DNA of 64,000 nucleotides, taken from a phage. Both the position numbers and the translations under genes were made by a program. How positions within the stretch are numbered: position 1 is the stretch's first letter; each line of letters starts with the position of its first letter. Below are positions 51,184 through 63,480 of this stretch, in pieces. The notes beneath the pieces were generated by a model, which was given only the letters and a program-made list of their open reading frames with translations, was not told the origin of the DNA and ran no database searches. The stretch is taken from the sequence record PZ026127.1. One strand, 5' to 3'.

Positions 51184-51450
51184 ATGAACAAGTTAAACTT
51201 TATTCGTACTACTCTTTCCGCTCTTGATAAAGACATCAAAGCTCTGGTAGAAAAATTCGGTAACAATCCTAATGGTAATGCAGTGAATGCCTTAGTTAAG
51301 AAATACGAAGCCATGGCTTATGCTACCGACTTCTGGTGGAACGGTGAATACTCTACCCATACCAAAGACAAATCTGGTAACTGGCTGAAAATCCAAGAAA
51401 ATCGTATTGACTTCCGTGATATCATCAACCGTCGTGTCAAAGCAGCGTAA
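51184..51450 (+). CDS. hypothetical protein (88 aa)
   Basis: ATG 51184 after GAGGAG; track start 51169 lies in the Shine-Dalgarno. Confidence 0.55.
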   Translation: MNKLNFIRTTLSALDKDIKALVEKFGNNPNGNAVNALVKKYEAMAYATDFWWNGEYSTHTKDKSGNWLKIQENRIDFRDIINRRVKAA

Positions 51451-51453
51451 AAT

Positions 51454-52125
51454 ATGAATTATTTAATTTACAAAATAACCAATCTCATTAATAACAAGAT
51501 TTATGTTGGAGCTCATGCCACTACAGATGTTAACGATTCTTATATGGGCTCCGGGGTTAACATAGTAAAATCCATAAAGAAATACGGTTTAGAGAATTTT
51601 AAAAAGGAAATCCTTTTCAATTTCGAAACATCTGAAGAGATGTATGCTAAGGAAGCCGAACTAGTTGACGAGGCTTTTGTCATGAGAACGGATACTTATA
51701 ACGCAGCCTTAGGCGGCAAGGGTAATCCTGTTATAGTAGCTTTACAGGAACCTGGGTATCGTGAGATGTTATCCGAAAAGACAAAAGCCGGCATGACTGA
51801 AGAAGTACGAGCAAGACTTTCAAAAATGAAAATGGGTATGAAATATTCTCAAGAAACCCAAGACAAAAAATCAAAAGCTATGAAAGACCTCTATAAAACT
51901 AAAAGCCATCCCAGAACCGGTAAGAAACACAGCGAAGAATCCAAGGCTAAAATTAGAGCGGGTTCTAATAAAGGTCAAAAGATTGTTTTTGTTGATATTA
52001 TGATTAAAGGTCTTAAATTCTCCCATTATGATGATGCAGCAAAACATTTTAACGTGAGCGCCAAAACCATCCGTAATTGGATTAAAGAAACTAGACCACA
52101 ATTTGCAGATTGCTATAAGGTGTAG
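51454..52125 (+). CDS. GIY-YIG homing endonuclease (SegD-like by position between genes 24 and 23)
   Basis: 223 aa; N-terminal GIY-YIG motif YLIYKITNLINNKIYVGAH, Lys/Ser-rich linker, C-terminal DNA-binding-like region SAKTIRNWIKE. Confidence 0.8.
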   Translation: MNYLIYKITNLINNKIYVGAHATTDVNDSYMGSGVNIVKSIKKYGLENFKKEILFNFETSEEMYAKEAELVDEAFVMRTDTYNAALGGKGNPVIVALQEPGYREMLSEKTKAGMTEEVRARLSKMKMGMKYSQETQDKKSKAMKDLYKTKSHPRTGKKHSEESKAKIRAGSNKGQKIVFVDIMIKGLKFSHYDDAAKHFNVSAKTIRNWIKETRPQFADCYKV

Positions 52126-52135
52126 AAACAAGAAT

Positions 52136-52153
52136 GGGAGACCGAAGTCTCCC
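52136..52153 (-). terminator. CUUCGG hairpin terminator downstream of gene 23 (minus-strand sense)
   Basis: plus strand GGGAGACCGAAGTCTCCC; minus strand reads GGGAGACTTCGGTCTCCC then a T-rich run. Confidence 0.6.
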
Positions 52154-52184
52154 AAATAATTTTAAGAATTAATAACTTATGTTA

Positions 52185-53744
52185 TTAAATTCCTTTCACG
52201 TACACACGTCTAAAGTAACCATTCAGACCAAGGCTGTTAACGATGTCAGGCATACCATTCTGGATACGTTTGGTAGGAGCCTGAGCAGCAGGGTCAGCGA
52301 ACGGGTTGATACCGATACCGTAACGAGTTTTGAAGCCCATTACCGGTTGGAAGTTCTTCGGATCGGAACCACGCAGCGGGGTCAGTGCAACGTACGGAGC
52401 ATAGTAGATACCTGCGTCCATTTCGTTAGCGCCTTTATAACCAATGGTGAAGTAATCGGAACGTGCATACTGGTCGATGTAAACGCGATATTTACCACCA
52501 AGAACACCGGCAAATACTGCTTTGGTTGTGTCAACGTTGAAACCTTGACCCAGACCTTGAGCTGCATAACTTACAGAAGTATCAACTGCAGCCAGTACGT
52601 TAACTACGTTACGGGAAGCGATGATGAAGTTACCAGCACCACGACCGGTCTGACGAGCGATTTCGGCTGCTTCTTTATCAATCTGGAACAGAAGGGCTTT
52701 AAAGCTCTCACCGGCCCAACGAGCACCACGGATATCAATCGGGTCCTGGAAGTCAAACACACCAGCTTTAGCGCCAACGGTGTTGGTCATACCAGATTTA
52801 CCAACCTGTGCAGAGTAGTTAATCCAATCGATAACTTCACGGTTGATTTCGAGCATAATTTCGGTAGCAAGGATACCGGACAGTTCAGCATCTGCATCCA
52901 TACCGTGTACTGCACGAAGGTCCTGTGCCAGTTCGATAGAGTAGCTTGCTTTCAGCTGACGGGATTTAGCTTCGATAACTTGTTTGTCGATGCGGAAGCC
53001 CATTTCGTTCCACGGGTTATCGGTAGAACCGTTAAAGCCTTCCTGAAGTTCAGCGATAGAAGTAGCCATACCTTCAGCCAATTCAGCCAACTTACCAGCT
53101 TCAATCAAAGCGGTAACAGCAGCATCCAGTTTAGCGGCATCGGTAGCAGCAGCATCAACGGTTACGGCTTCAACAGCCTGGAAGTGTGCAGCACCGGTAG
53201 CTTCGAAGAAGTGGGAGTAAATTTTACCAACGGTAAGAACTTTGCTTGCAGCCAGTGCTTCGAAAGCTTCGGCTGCACCCTGACCAGAGAACATAGCGTC
53301 TGGAGAATACATCGGATGGAAAGCTTCTTTAGCGCCAGCAGCGATAGGGTCTTTACCATAAACTGCACGAAGGGCAAATACCTGGCCGGTAGGGTTATTC
53401 AGAGGCTGAACACCACAAATATCAAAAGCAATCAGATGAGGAATAGCACGACGAACCATACCCATTACTGCCGGCCCAATCTGAGTTACAGCACCAGAAG
53501 TCTGGCCAGCTGCGATATTGGTAGCATCATAACCGTGGTCACCACCGATTTCAGCTTCGGTCAGGAAAGAACCAAATGCTTCAGAGATTTTTTCGTCACG
53601 ATATTCCGGAGCAGTCAGGATGTCTTGTTCCTGGTTTTCGAAAATTTTAGCGATGATAGCTTGTTTAGAAGCACCAACGATTTCAGGAAGAGCTTCGTTT
53701 TCCAGCAGAGCGGACCATTTTTGAACTAATGCATTCTTTTTCAT
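52185..53744 (-). CDS. 23: major capsid protein gp23
   Basis: 519 aa; QAIIAKIFENQE, FGSFLTEAEIGGDHGY, GMVRRAIP.LIAFDICGVQP, and C-terminal FRRVYVKGI match T4 gp23. Confidence 0.97.
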   Translation of the reverse strand: MKKNALVQKWSALLENEALPEIVGASKQAIIAKIFENQEQDILTAPEYRDEKISEAFGSFLTEAEIGGDHGYDATNIAAGQTSGAVTQIGPAVMGMVRRAIPHLIAFDICGVQPLNNPTGQVFALRAVYGKDPIAAGAKEAFHPMYSPDAMFSGQGAAEAFEALAASKVLTVGKIYSHFFEATGAAHFQAVEAVTVDAAATDAAKLDAAVTALIEAGKLAELAEGMATSIAELQEGFNGSTDNPWNEMGFRIDKQVIEAKSRQLKASYSIELAQDLRAVHGMDADAELSGILATEIMLEINREVIDWINYSAQVGKSGMTNTVGAKAGVFDFQDPIDIRGARWAGESFKALLFQIDKEAAEIARQTGRGAGNFIIASRNVVNVLAAVDTSVSYAAQGLGQGFNVDTTKAVFAGVLGGKYRVYIDQYARSDYFTIGYKGANEMDAGIYYAPYVALTPLRGSDPKNFQPVMGFKTRYGIGINPFADPAAQAPTKRIQNGMPDIVNSLGLNGYFRRVYVKGI

Positions 53745-53765
53745 GTGTTGTATAACCTTATTAAA

Positions 53766-54581
53766 TTAAGAAATTCGTGATGCTGCGATTGCAGACAGGT
53801 CCGCGAAGGACAGGGTAGGCTTAGCGCCTTTTTCTTCAACTGCTTCTGAAATGTAATTCAGTGCCGCAGCATCGTCTACATTTTTATTTATAGCGGCTTC
53901 GGTGATTGGGTTTTCAACGTCAGACTGACCTTTAACCATTTCAACAATAGCGCCAATTTTTTTACCGAATGCATCGGAATAATCCATGCCTTCTACCAGA
54001 GAACTAACTTTTTCTTTTTGAGATTCAGTCAGGTCTTTAGTTGCTTCCGTAACAGCAACTTCACGCTGTACGTAATTAATATACGCGTCGCGCTTACCAA
54101 CTTCTTCGAACAGACGAGCGGTTTCATCTTTCTGCTCTTGGAGTTCTTCTTCCATTTCAGCAACAACATCTACTGCTTCTTCTGGAACAACCACATTGTG
54201 TTCAACAAACAGTTCTTTCATACCCATCAACATGGATTCGAACAGTTCGGCTTTAATACCTTTATCAACAGCCAGCTGGTTTTCAGCCATCCATTCTTTA
54301 GCAACGTGGTCAAGGAAACGACCTGCAGCTTCTTGGATTTTCTTATCGGCTTTTTCTTCAGCTTCTTCTTTATTTTTCTCGACTTCTTCTTCCGCTTTTT
54401 CAGCGATTTTAGCGATGTGAGATTCAGCCAGTTTCACGGCGTGTTGCTTGACGGTAGCTTCGAATACAGTGCCGAAAGTTTCTTTTGCTTCCGGAGAAAT
54501 ATTAACTGATTCGAAAATACTGTCAAGAGCAACGGAAGCATCAATATTCTGTGCTTCGGCGATCAGTTGTTCTTTAAGCAT
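53766..54581 (-). CDS. 22: prohead core scaffold protein gp22
   Basis: 271 aa; acidic coiled-coil scaffold; synteny and similarity to T4 gp22. Confidence 0.88.
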   Translation of the reverse strand: MLKEQLIAEAQNIDASVALDSIFESVNISPEAKETFGTVFEATVKQHAVKLAESHIAKIAEKAEEEVEKNKEEAEEKADKKIQEAAGRFLDHVAKEWMAENQLAVDKGIKAELFESMLMGMKELFVEHNVVVPEEAVDVVAEMEEELQEQKDETARLFEEVGKRDAYINYVQREVAVTEATKDLTESQKEKVSSLVEGMDYSDAFGKKIGAIVEMVKGQSDVENPITEAAINKNVDDAAALNYISEAVEEKGAKPTLSFADLSAIAASRIS

Positions 54582-54608
54582 TTTGTAGTCCTGTTGTTTA
54601 GATAATAA

Positions 54609-54616
54609 TATTTATA
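54609..54616 (-). promoter_or_regulatory. late promoter for gene 22
   Basis: plus-strand TATTTATA about 30 nt upstream of the gp22 ATG, overlapping the gene 21 stop. Confidence 0.55.
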
Positions 54617-55247
54617 ACGCTTTTTTCATGGCCTCTGCGAGAGCCATAAAGGCGTCATCGGCACTGGTATCGGTTTCTACCGTTTGTGATTCTGTAATTT
54701 GCTTAGGAGTTACATAAGCATCAGGAGCAGATGGTCCCCATACTGCATCAACACCGACGGTTAATTTATAACCTTCGTTTACACGCTTATATCCTTTGTT
54801 GGTTTCAGTTAAAGAACCAAGACCGCGAGAACTAACACCAGGAACCCAGCCAGCTCGGATATTTGCAGCTAGTTTATCACCAGGGCCATGGTCACCTTCG
54901 ATGATACGTGCACGTCCATAAACATCATTACCTTTCCACCACATATCTTCAATAATGATAGCAGCTTGCATAGGGTCAACGTTAGCACGAGGTGGGTGGT
55001 TTAATTCTCCTAAAGCTTGTTTAGTAGCAACCTGTTCTGCCATATAATCGGCAACGGCTTTTTCCAAAATAGGTTTTGGGTAAAGGCGTTTATTACGGTT
55101 AACTACCTCTGCTTGCATGAAAATGCCTTCTATATAAAGGCCGGGAGCAAGCCCAGAATTTTTTCCATCATGAGATTCCAACATAGGAACCCCATCGATA
55201 ATTTCACCTGGTTGTCCCCAATGTTCGATGAGCAATTCAGGTTTCAT
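54612..55247 (-). CDS. 21: prohead core protease gp21
   Basis: 211 aa; resembles T4 gp21 from memory; synteny. Confidence 0.9.
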   Translation of the reverse strand: MKPELLIEHWGQPGEIIDGVPMLESHDGKNSGLAPGLYIEGIFMQAEVVNRNKRLYPKPILEKAVADYMAEQVATKQALGELNHPPRANVDPMQAAIIIEDMWWKGNDVYGRARIIEGDHGPGDKLAANIRAGWVPGVSSRGLGSLTETNKGYKRVNEGYKLTVGVDAVWGPSAPDAYVTPKQITESQTVETDTSADDAFMALAEAMKKAL

Positions 55248-55675
55248 TAGTTAAGTCCAAAAGCTTTACGTTTAGAACGGGCTTTCTTACGCTTACGTTC
55301 GGCACGTACTTGAGTAGACGGATTAGCACGTTTGGTTTTAGATGCTTTACGAGCAATCTGACGGCGTTTTGCTTTAGATAAACCTGTCGTTTGGAACGCA
55401 TTACGTTGACGGGTTTTAATATCTTTAGTACGAGTAAGCTCACCTTTAGAGGAAACGTGTTTAACGATAAATTCGTTAAGAGCCATTGATTCATTTAAAG
55501 AACCAAGAGCGATAGCACATTCGATATCGCCTTCAGCAATCATGTTCTCTACAAGATTATTTATATCGCTTTTCTCGAGCGCTTCAGAAAGAGCAGCAAA
55601 ACGTCCCTGTGCTTCTGGAATTTTGGCCTCTACGCTTTCTAGAGTTAATTCGTAATCATCAGGGATAAGGAACAT
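55247..55675 (-). CDS. 68: prohead core protein gp68
   Basis: 142 aa with basic C-terminus; synteny. Confidence 0.75.
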   Translation of the reverse strand: MFLIPDDYELTLESVEAKIPEAQGRFAALSEALEKSDINNLVENMIAEGDIECAIALGSLNESMALNEFIVKHVSSKGELTRTKDIKTRQRNAFQTTGLSKAKRRQIARKASKTKRANPSTQVRAERKRKKARSKRKAFGLN

Positions 55676-55944
55676 TATTCATCGTCCTCGTCGTCTTTGC
55701 CATCATCACCTTCATCCGCGTCGTCAGATTCTTTTTTGTCTTTCTTATCTGCTTTATCGGATTTTTTGTCATCTTCGTCTTCGTCATCTTCGTCAGCTTC
55801 TTCGCCTTCAATCATAACGGAGCGAGCAATTTCTGCTTTACGGGCTTCAATCAAAGCGGCTACTCGAGATTCGATAAGCGGGGCTGCTGCTTTACGAACT
55901 GCTACGAGGTCGTTTGATTTAATAGCTTCGATTAAATCTTCCAT
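55675..55944 (-). CDS. 67: prohead core protein gp67
   Basis: 89 aa with extremely acidic C-terminal tail; synteny. Confidence 0.75.
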   Translation of the reverse strand: MEDLIEAIKSNDLVAVRKAAAPLIESRVAALIEARKAEIARSVMIEGEEADEDDEDEDDKKSDKADKKDKKESDDADEGDDGKDDEDDE

Positions 55945-57518
55945 TAGAAATCCTCTTCTTCTTCATCTGGGTTTTGGAAACGAGCCTCTTTAGACTCTTC
56001 TTCAATTTGCTTAGCTTCTTGATTAATTTCTTCATCAGTCATCTGGAGGAAATCTTTCATAGCCGTTTGATGTGAAATGTACTTACCAATAAATGGTTCA
56101 GCCATCGTTAGCATATTGATTCTGCGTTCCATGATTTCAGCATCTTTCATTTCACTGAAATAGCTATCACGGTTAAATGTAACTTTAATATTATTTATTT
56201 CCTTTTCCCACTCATCTTCTGTAATAATCTTTTTAAGAATGAGGTTTGTTTTTAACGGGTCTAGGAAAATTTCTTCAAATTTGTTTTGTAACTGACGAAT
56301 CCATTTAGCAAATTTCAACTCATCACGAGTGATTGCTGTGCCGGCATCAAACATAACGCCTGAATTAGATTCACTAGGGATACGTGATTCTGGAATACGC
56401 AGTGCACGGTAAAGTGCTGTGCGGAAATAAAGAACGTCATCCATATCACTCATACCAGTAGCACCTGGCATTGTATCAACTTCTGTTACCGCTTTACCAT
56501 CACGACGTTGCAACCAATAGTCTTCAGTCATGGACATATTGTGTTGTTGGTTTTTAATTTTACCTGTCGAAGCATCATACACCACACGGTTTTTCATCGT
56601 GTTCATGATATGTTGCATTTGTGCTGCAGCCTTACGTGAAGGCATATTGCCTGTATCGATATAAAACACACGACGGTCAGGAGCACGTGTAATACGGTAG
56701 ATGACCATTGCGTCTTCCATCAATTTAAGCTGGTTTGCAGGCTTAATAGCACGTTGCAAATAGCCAATGATGTTTTTACCACAACAATCTAATAATCCTG
56801 AATGGGCATAAACCACAGCAGCACGAGGAATTTTAACTTTAGTCCCTGCTGAATAAATGCGTCCATCTGCGCAATAGCTTTCATGACCTGTGTCGTAAAC
56901 GAAAAACTCACGATATCCGTCTACAATTTTAACGCCGTCTTCCATACGTGTAACGATTTCACGAATATATTGGACTTGGCGTGGGTCTAAGCGACGAAGC
57001 TCTTGTACGCCCTCTTTCATTTTTTTAGGGTTTATAATTTTATGAAAGAAAATTCTTGAGTCTACATACCAGCGTTGGAAATGGTCAGTACCTTTACGTT
57101 GGAAATTTAAAAGGTTTAAAACTTCACTGAATTCGGCCAAGATTTTATCTTTAATTGCTTGACTAAATTCTGTCCCGTCTAAATTCAATGCAACTACTTC
57201 TTTATCATCCTCATAGACAATAGCGTCAGACACAATTTCCTGTACGGCGTTGTCGACTTCATAGTTGTTCATTAAATTACGGTAGGTATCAATAAGTTCC
57301 CTGGTATTTTTAACTTCAGGCTCATTACTACCAAACATCTGTTGCATAAGAGCATTATAAGGAATATTTTGCTCTTGTGTCTCAATTTCGCGAGCGCCAT
57401 CATCAAGCTTAGGTGCGGTGACAGACTCTAAATTGTTATTAATTTGTTGTTTATATTCTTTTTCGTCTTCATTAGCCCATGGCTTAAGAAAACTTAATAT
57501 TGTATTAAAGTTTGCCAT
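55944..57518 (-). CDS. 20: portal vertex protein gp20
   Basis: 524 aa (same length as T4 gp20); synteny and similarity. Confidence 0.93.
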   Translation of the reverse strand: MANFNTILSFLKPWANEDEKEYKQQINNNLESVTAPKLDDGAREIETQEQNIPYNALMQQMFGSNEPEVKNTRELIDTYRNLMNNYEVDNAVQEIVSDAIVYEDDKEVVALNLDGTEFSQAIKDKILAEFSEVLNLLNFQRKGTDHFQRWYVDSRIFFHKIINPKKMKEGVQELRRLDPRQVQYIREIVTRMEDGVKIVDGYREFFVYDTGHESYCADGRIYSAGTKVKIPRAAVVYAHSGLLDCCGKNIIGYLQRAIKPANQLKLMEDAMVIYRITRAPDRRVFYIDTGNMPSRKAAAQMQHIMNTMKNRVVYDASTGKIKNQQHNMSMTEDYWLQRRDGKAVTEVDTMPGATGMSDMDDVLYFRTALYRALRIPESRIPSESNSGVMFDAGTAITRDELKFAKWIRQLQNKFEEIFLDPLKTNLILKKIITEDEWEKEINNIKVTFNRDSYFSEMKDAEIMERRINMLTMAEPFIGKYISHQTAMKDFLQMTDEEINQEAKQIEEESKEARFQNPDEEEEDF

Positions 57519-57540
57519 TAGAGTCTCCGATGAATGGGAT

Positions 57541-57558
57541 AAGGAGCCGAAGCTCCTT
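57541..57558 (-). other. CUUCGG stem-loop in the gene 20 leader
   Basis: plus strand AAGGAGCCGAAGCTCCTT; minus strand reads GGAGCTTCGGCTCC. Confidence 0.5.
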
Positions 57559-57566
57559 GATAATTC

Positions 57567-57574
57567 TATTTATA
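57567..57574 (-). promoter_or_regulatory. late promoter for gene 20
   Basis: plus-strand TATTTATA just after the gene 19 stop. Confidence 0.55.
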
Positions 57575-57575
57575 C

Positions 57576-58067
57576 TCATTCCCACCAATCGATAGCGAAC
57601 GTACTTTCAAACGTTTCAACTTCGTTGTTCGAATCCCAATCCATCTGGACTTCACCAACGTTAGTAGGCCATAAGCCGTAAATTGTAACTTCTTTGGTCA
57701 CAGTCTTGCCGTCACGATGGAACTGGCGAACTACTGCTTGTTTCTTATATTCTGCAGGTGCAGCACCGGTAATTTCATTGGTCATACCATGACAGAGATT
57801 CTGCCAATCAACAATTGCTTGACGAGTGTCATGTGCATCATCGTTATAAATGGTAATGGTCCAATCATCAAACGTACGGTCACCAGCTACGTTAATTTTA
57901 CGGTTCATGTAGCCAACCGGTACTTTTTCTACAATGCCTGCAGGCATAGGTGCTGCTTTACATTTAAAGCTAAAGTTTTTACCAAGAAATGGAATTTCCA
58001 CTTCGAAAAGGTTAGGACGTGCAAAGTCACCTGACTCAAATGCACGAGTGATATCTGTCAACTCCAT
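57576..58067 (-). CDS. 19: tail tube protein gp19
   Basis: 163 aa from MELTDITRAFESGDFARPNLF (GAGG Shine-Dalgarno); matches the T4 gp19 N-terminus; track start 58079 is a 4-codon extension. Confidence 0.92.
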   Translation of the reverse strand: MELTDITRAFESGDFARPNLFEVEIPFLGKNFSFKCKAAPMPAGIVEKVPVGYMNRKINVAGDRTFDDWTITIYNDDAHDTRQAIVDWQNLCHGMTNEITGAAPAEYKKQAVVRQFHRDGKTVTKEVTIYGLWPTNVGEVQMDWDSNNEVETFESTFAIDWWE

Positions 58068-58119
58068 GGGATGCCTCATAAGTCAGTTCCTGGACACACC
58101 AGGAACGTTCTGATTAATT

Positions 58120-58127
58120 TATTTATA
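58120..58127 (-). promoter_or_regulatory. late promoter for gene 19
   Basis: plus-strand TATTTATA about 50 nt upstream of the gp19 ATG. Confidence 0.5.
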
Positions 58128-58252
58128 ACAGTTGATAAATCATATTCCTAAAGAATAATCAATCCCAGGCGCAATTCTACGTGATGTACGCTGTAACCAA
58201 ACTCATGGTATAATGGTTTTAGGTTCTTTATATTACAGCCTGGGATAATAGA

Positions 58253-60235
58253 TTATACTAAAGGTCCAATCAATTCATCAAAATCAGCACCAGTGCTCGT
58301 TGCAACGAAGTTCAACGTGATGTAGTTAATAGAACGGGCCGGTTTAACGTAGATATTAGCAATAAACTCATTACGGTCGATAACCGCAGGGGTGTTCACT
58401 GTAGTATCACAAACCACGCGTCCTTCATAAATCCCACCAAGTGCCTTAATACCATCTAAGTACTGAGAAACTTCCATACGGAAGCTTGAACGAGTGAAGT
58501 TGTCGTTCAATTCAAACAGTTTATATTTAGAGGCATCACCGATATTTTTCTTAAGCATGTTGAACAGACGGCGAACGTTAATGTGGTCCATCGGAGATGG
58601 AACTTTAGTTGCAGTCTTATCACCAAACAATACGAAACCATCACCACCAGCAAAACCGACAACCGGGTTAATAGCTTCTTGGTACATGCGGTCACGTTGA
58701 GCTTGACGTGGTTCAATTGCCAATTTCAGAACGTTAAGAATCTGGCCACGGTTATAACCTGCAGGAGACATCCAAGGCTGAGAAACATCATCAGTACGTG
58801 CACACAAACCAGCCATATCAGCGGCCAGAGGCACCCAACGGTTTACGTCATTATATTTGTCATACTGATATTTATAGTTACCGTCAATAGCAGCATAAGT
58901 GGTGCTAATGTTCATGTTGTTGGCATCGAAAGTACCTGCACCGGTACGCCAGTCGATAAGGTTATCTACTGCACGAGTCAATGGAACGTTAACCAACAGT
59001 CCTTTAGGAGGAGAAATAAATGCCAAGCAATCCTGACGTTCATCAGCAATACTAACAACGTGTTTCTGAACTGTAGAAGCGACTTCATCACCTTCACCAG
59101 CAACAGCACCGGCAATCAAAAGGTTAATATGGAGTGCTTCACGGTCGGCAAACAAATCCCAACCCTGCATCAAATCACCTGCAGTAACCTGGTCGTTAGC
59201 AGATACACCACCCATCAGATTAATGATACCGCTGAAGCCTTTAGGCCAGTTCAAAGAGGTAGCAAAAATATAGTTGGAAGTGCCTTTAGCGAAATAGTCA
59301 TCGAGATAAATGTTATTACCGTAAACGTCTTTTTCACCTTCTTTGGTAGAAAGTACGACGGATTCTACGATAGCACCGTCACGACGAACAATAATTGCAT
59401 ATTGGTCATCTGTTTGCGGGCCGTAGTTAAATACTGCCTTGGCAATAGAAGCACGGGAACCACCATTTGGATAAATATCCAACATTTTAGTAGAACCGGC
59501 ATCATAAGCTGCTTTAGAAACAATTTCAACTTCTAAGGTGCTGCCAATTTCACCAGGATAAAGAGCGACCACGCCAGGCATACCAAACTGTTTAAGAGAT
59601 GCTTGGAATTCTAGGGAAGTAATAGCTTCTTCACTGTTCTCTGCTTCGGTCAAAAGAATACCGGAATCGGTTACAATTTTACCGACAGTAATAGTACCGG
59701 AAACACCGGAAGAGGCAGAAGTAACTTCAGCAGTCCACGCAGCGCCTAGGTTCGGATATTGGTTAACAGAACGAGCATAAGAAATAATCTTACCGGTAGG
59801 AATAAACACCGACATAATTTTACCGTCGGTATCAACCGAAGTTACACGACCTTCAGATTCAACAACAGTCTGGTTATATTTGATATTAATTTTATCACCT
59901 ACCGCATAGTTAGAACCTGCAGTAGTAATAGTGGTTTGGACGTTACCTGCTACCGGAGACGCGTTTTTAGCGAATTCACGGTTAACAACACGAACAGTAC
60001 GAAGGTCGTTACCATACTGGAGGAAGTTCATACCCGACATGAAGTAATCAGCAACTTCGTTATTAGGACCTCCAAATAAGTCGACCAGTTCAACTTCATT
60101 AGTAATCTGAGTTACCTGGAAAGCAGGGCCCCACTGGAATTTACCAACCAGCGCTGCACGACCCGTTGCGTTACGAACGACAGTACTCTGTACGGACGTT
60201 TCTTTGAGCTCAATGCCCGGTGATAATAAAGCCAT
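58253..60235 (-). CDS. 18: tail sheath protein gp18
   Basis: 660 aa; MALLSPGIELKETSVQSTVV and C-terminal INYITLNFVATSTGADFDEL match T4 gp18. Confidence 0.97.
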   Translation of the reverse strand: MALLSPGIELKETSVQSTVVRNATGRAALVGKFQWGPAFQVTQITNEVELVDLFGGPNNEVADYFMSGMNFLQYGNDLRTVRVVNREFAKNASPVAGNVQTTITTAGSNYAVGDKINIKYNQTVVESEGRVTSVDTDGKIMSVFIPTGKIISYARSVNQYPNLGAAWTAEVTSASSGVSGTITVGKIVTDSGILLTEAENSEEAITSLEFQASLKQFGMPGVVALYPGEIGSTLEVEIVSKAAYDAGSTKMLDIYPNGGSRASIAKAVFNYGPQTDDQYAIIVRRDGAIVESVVLSTKEGEKDVYGNNIYLDDYFAKGTSNYIFATSLNWPKGFSGIINLMGGVSANDQVTAGDLMQGWDLFADREALHINLLIAGAVAGEGDEVASTVQKHVVSIADERQDCLAFISPPKGLLVNVPLTRAVDNLIDWRTGAGTFDANNMNISTTYAAIDGNYKYQYDKYNDVNRWVPLAADMAGLCARTDDVSQPWMSPAGYNRGQILNVLKLAIEPRQAQRDRMYQEAINPVVGFAGGDGFVLFGDKTATKVPSPMDHINVRRLFNMLKKNIGDASKYKLFELNDNFTRSSFRMEVSQYLDGIKALGGIYEGRVVCDTTVNTPAVIDRNEFIANIYVKPARSINYITLNFVATSTGADFDELIGPLV

Positions 60236-60264
60236 TTTGAATCCTCTTGGTTATGCTTTATTGT

Positions 60265-62574
<2,310 letters not shown>

Positions 62575-62578
<4 letters not shown>

Positions 62579-63441
62579 GGGTTTCTCCTTGGTGCTGGAG
62601 GCGCTGGCTCGACAGGCACTGGAATATCTTGTGAATATGTTTGAATGGACTTACCGTCCCATTCTTTTTCTTCTACCCCTCTAGGAACTACTTCGCTATC
62701 AACCGATTCGAAATTACCTTCAGGAGCGAGTTCCTTTGAGTTAGCAAAGAAATCAAGATAAATGGTTTTAATTTCGCCTTCCATTTCTTTAACCGGAGGA
62801 TATAACCACCCATTAACCTCAAACATCATAGACCATTCTAAACGACGACGAGAAGTGGTATCACCTTCTAATTGTTCATCCATTGCTATAGATTGGAACA
62901 CAATACGGATATCACGGTCAAATTTAATTTCATTTGTATAGAGTTCAGTGATAGTTGTATTGAAGTGAGGTTGGAAATAAGGCATAATCTGTTCTACAAT
63001 TTGGAACATATCATCTTGGGTTCTAGTGTAAATGCCCAGTTCGAAAATCATTTTTACTGGAGTAGGAGAATATTGGCTAACTCGTTTTCTCGGGTCACCA
63101 TTCTCAAATTGGATTTGTGTTCTGTTCTGAAGAGCTGTTTTGTATTGTGAGTTATAAAGCATATCAACCATTTGAAGGTTCATACGTGGAAGAACCGTTT
63201 CCACTTTAGCCTTTTGTTCAGCTCGTTCTTTAGGAGACATATTAGGATTTGGAATATTCTGTACTGCCGTCCATTTACCCAAATTTGCCATAAATCTTTC
63301 TTTAGAAGCATACGTAATAGGAACTTTAATAAATTTAAGCCCTGTATCTTCTCTTTGACGTGCTACTTGAACATGGGAAAATAAATCACCCATCAAAACA
63401 ATATAGCGACGTAGCGAACTATTATACCAATGTCCAAACAT
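62575..63441 (-). CDS. 15: tail sheath stabiliser / tail completion protein gp15
   Basis: 288 aa from MFGHWYNSS (ATG, GGAGG Shine-Dalgarno); track start 63444 is a TTG one codon upstream. Confidence 0.9.
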
Positions 63442-63454
63442 CAAACCTCCTAAA

Positions 63455-63473
63455 ATGGCGCACCGTGCGCCAT
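63455..63473 (-). other. perfect palindromic stem-loop between genes 14 and 15
   Basis: ATGGCGCA-CCG-TGCGCCAT. Confidence 0.5.
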
Positions 63474-63480
63474 GTATTAT

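Noticed and set aside
52179-53729. 516-aa plus-strand ORF antisense to the entire major capsid gene
   Set aside because: The minus-strand frame encodes an unmistakable gp23 homologue; the antisense frame is low-complexity and has no start context. Long antisense ORFs are a known artefact in highly expressed, codon-biased genes.
53766-55993. Plus-strand ORFs (74-163 aa) inside genes 22, 21 and 67
   Set aside because: Antisense translations of acidic, repetitive scaffold genes (Phe/Ser-rich); no expression signals.
58583-59536. 317-aa plus-strand ORF inside gene 18
   Set aside because: Antisense to the conserved tail sheath gene; Cys/Asn/Phe-rich nonsense translation.
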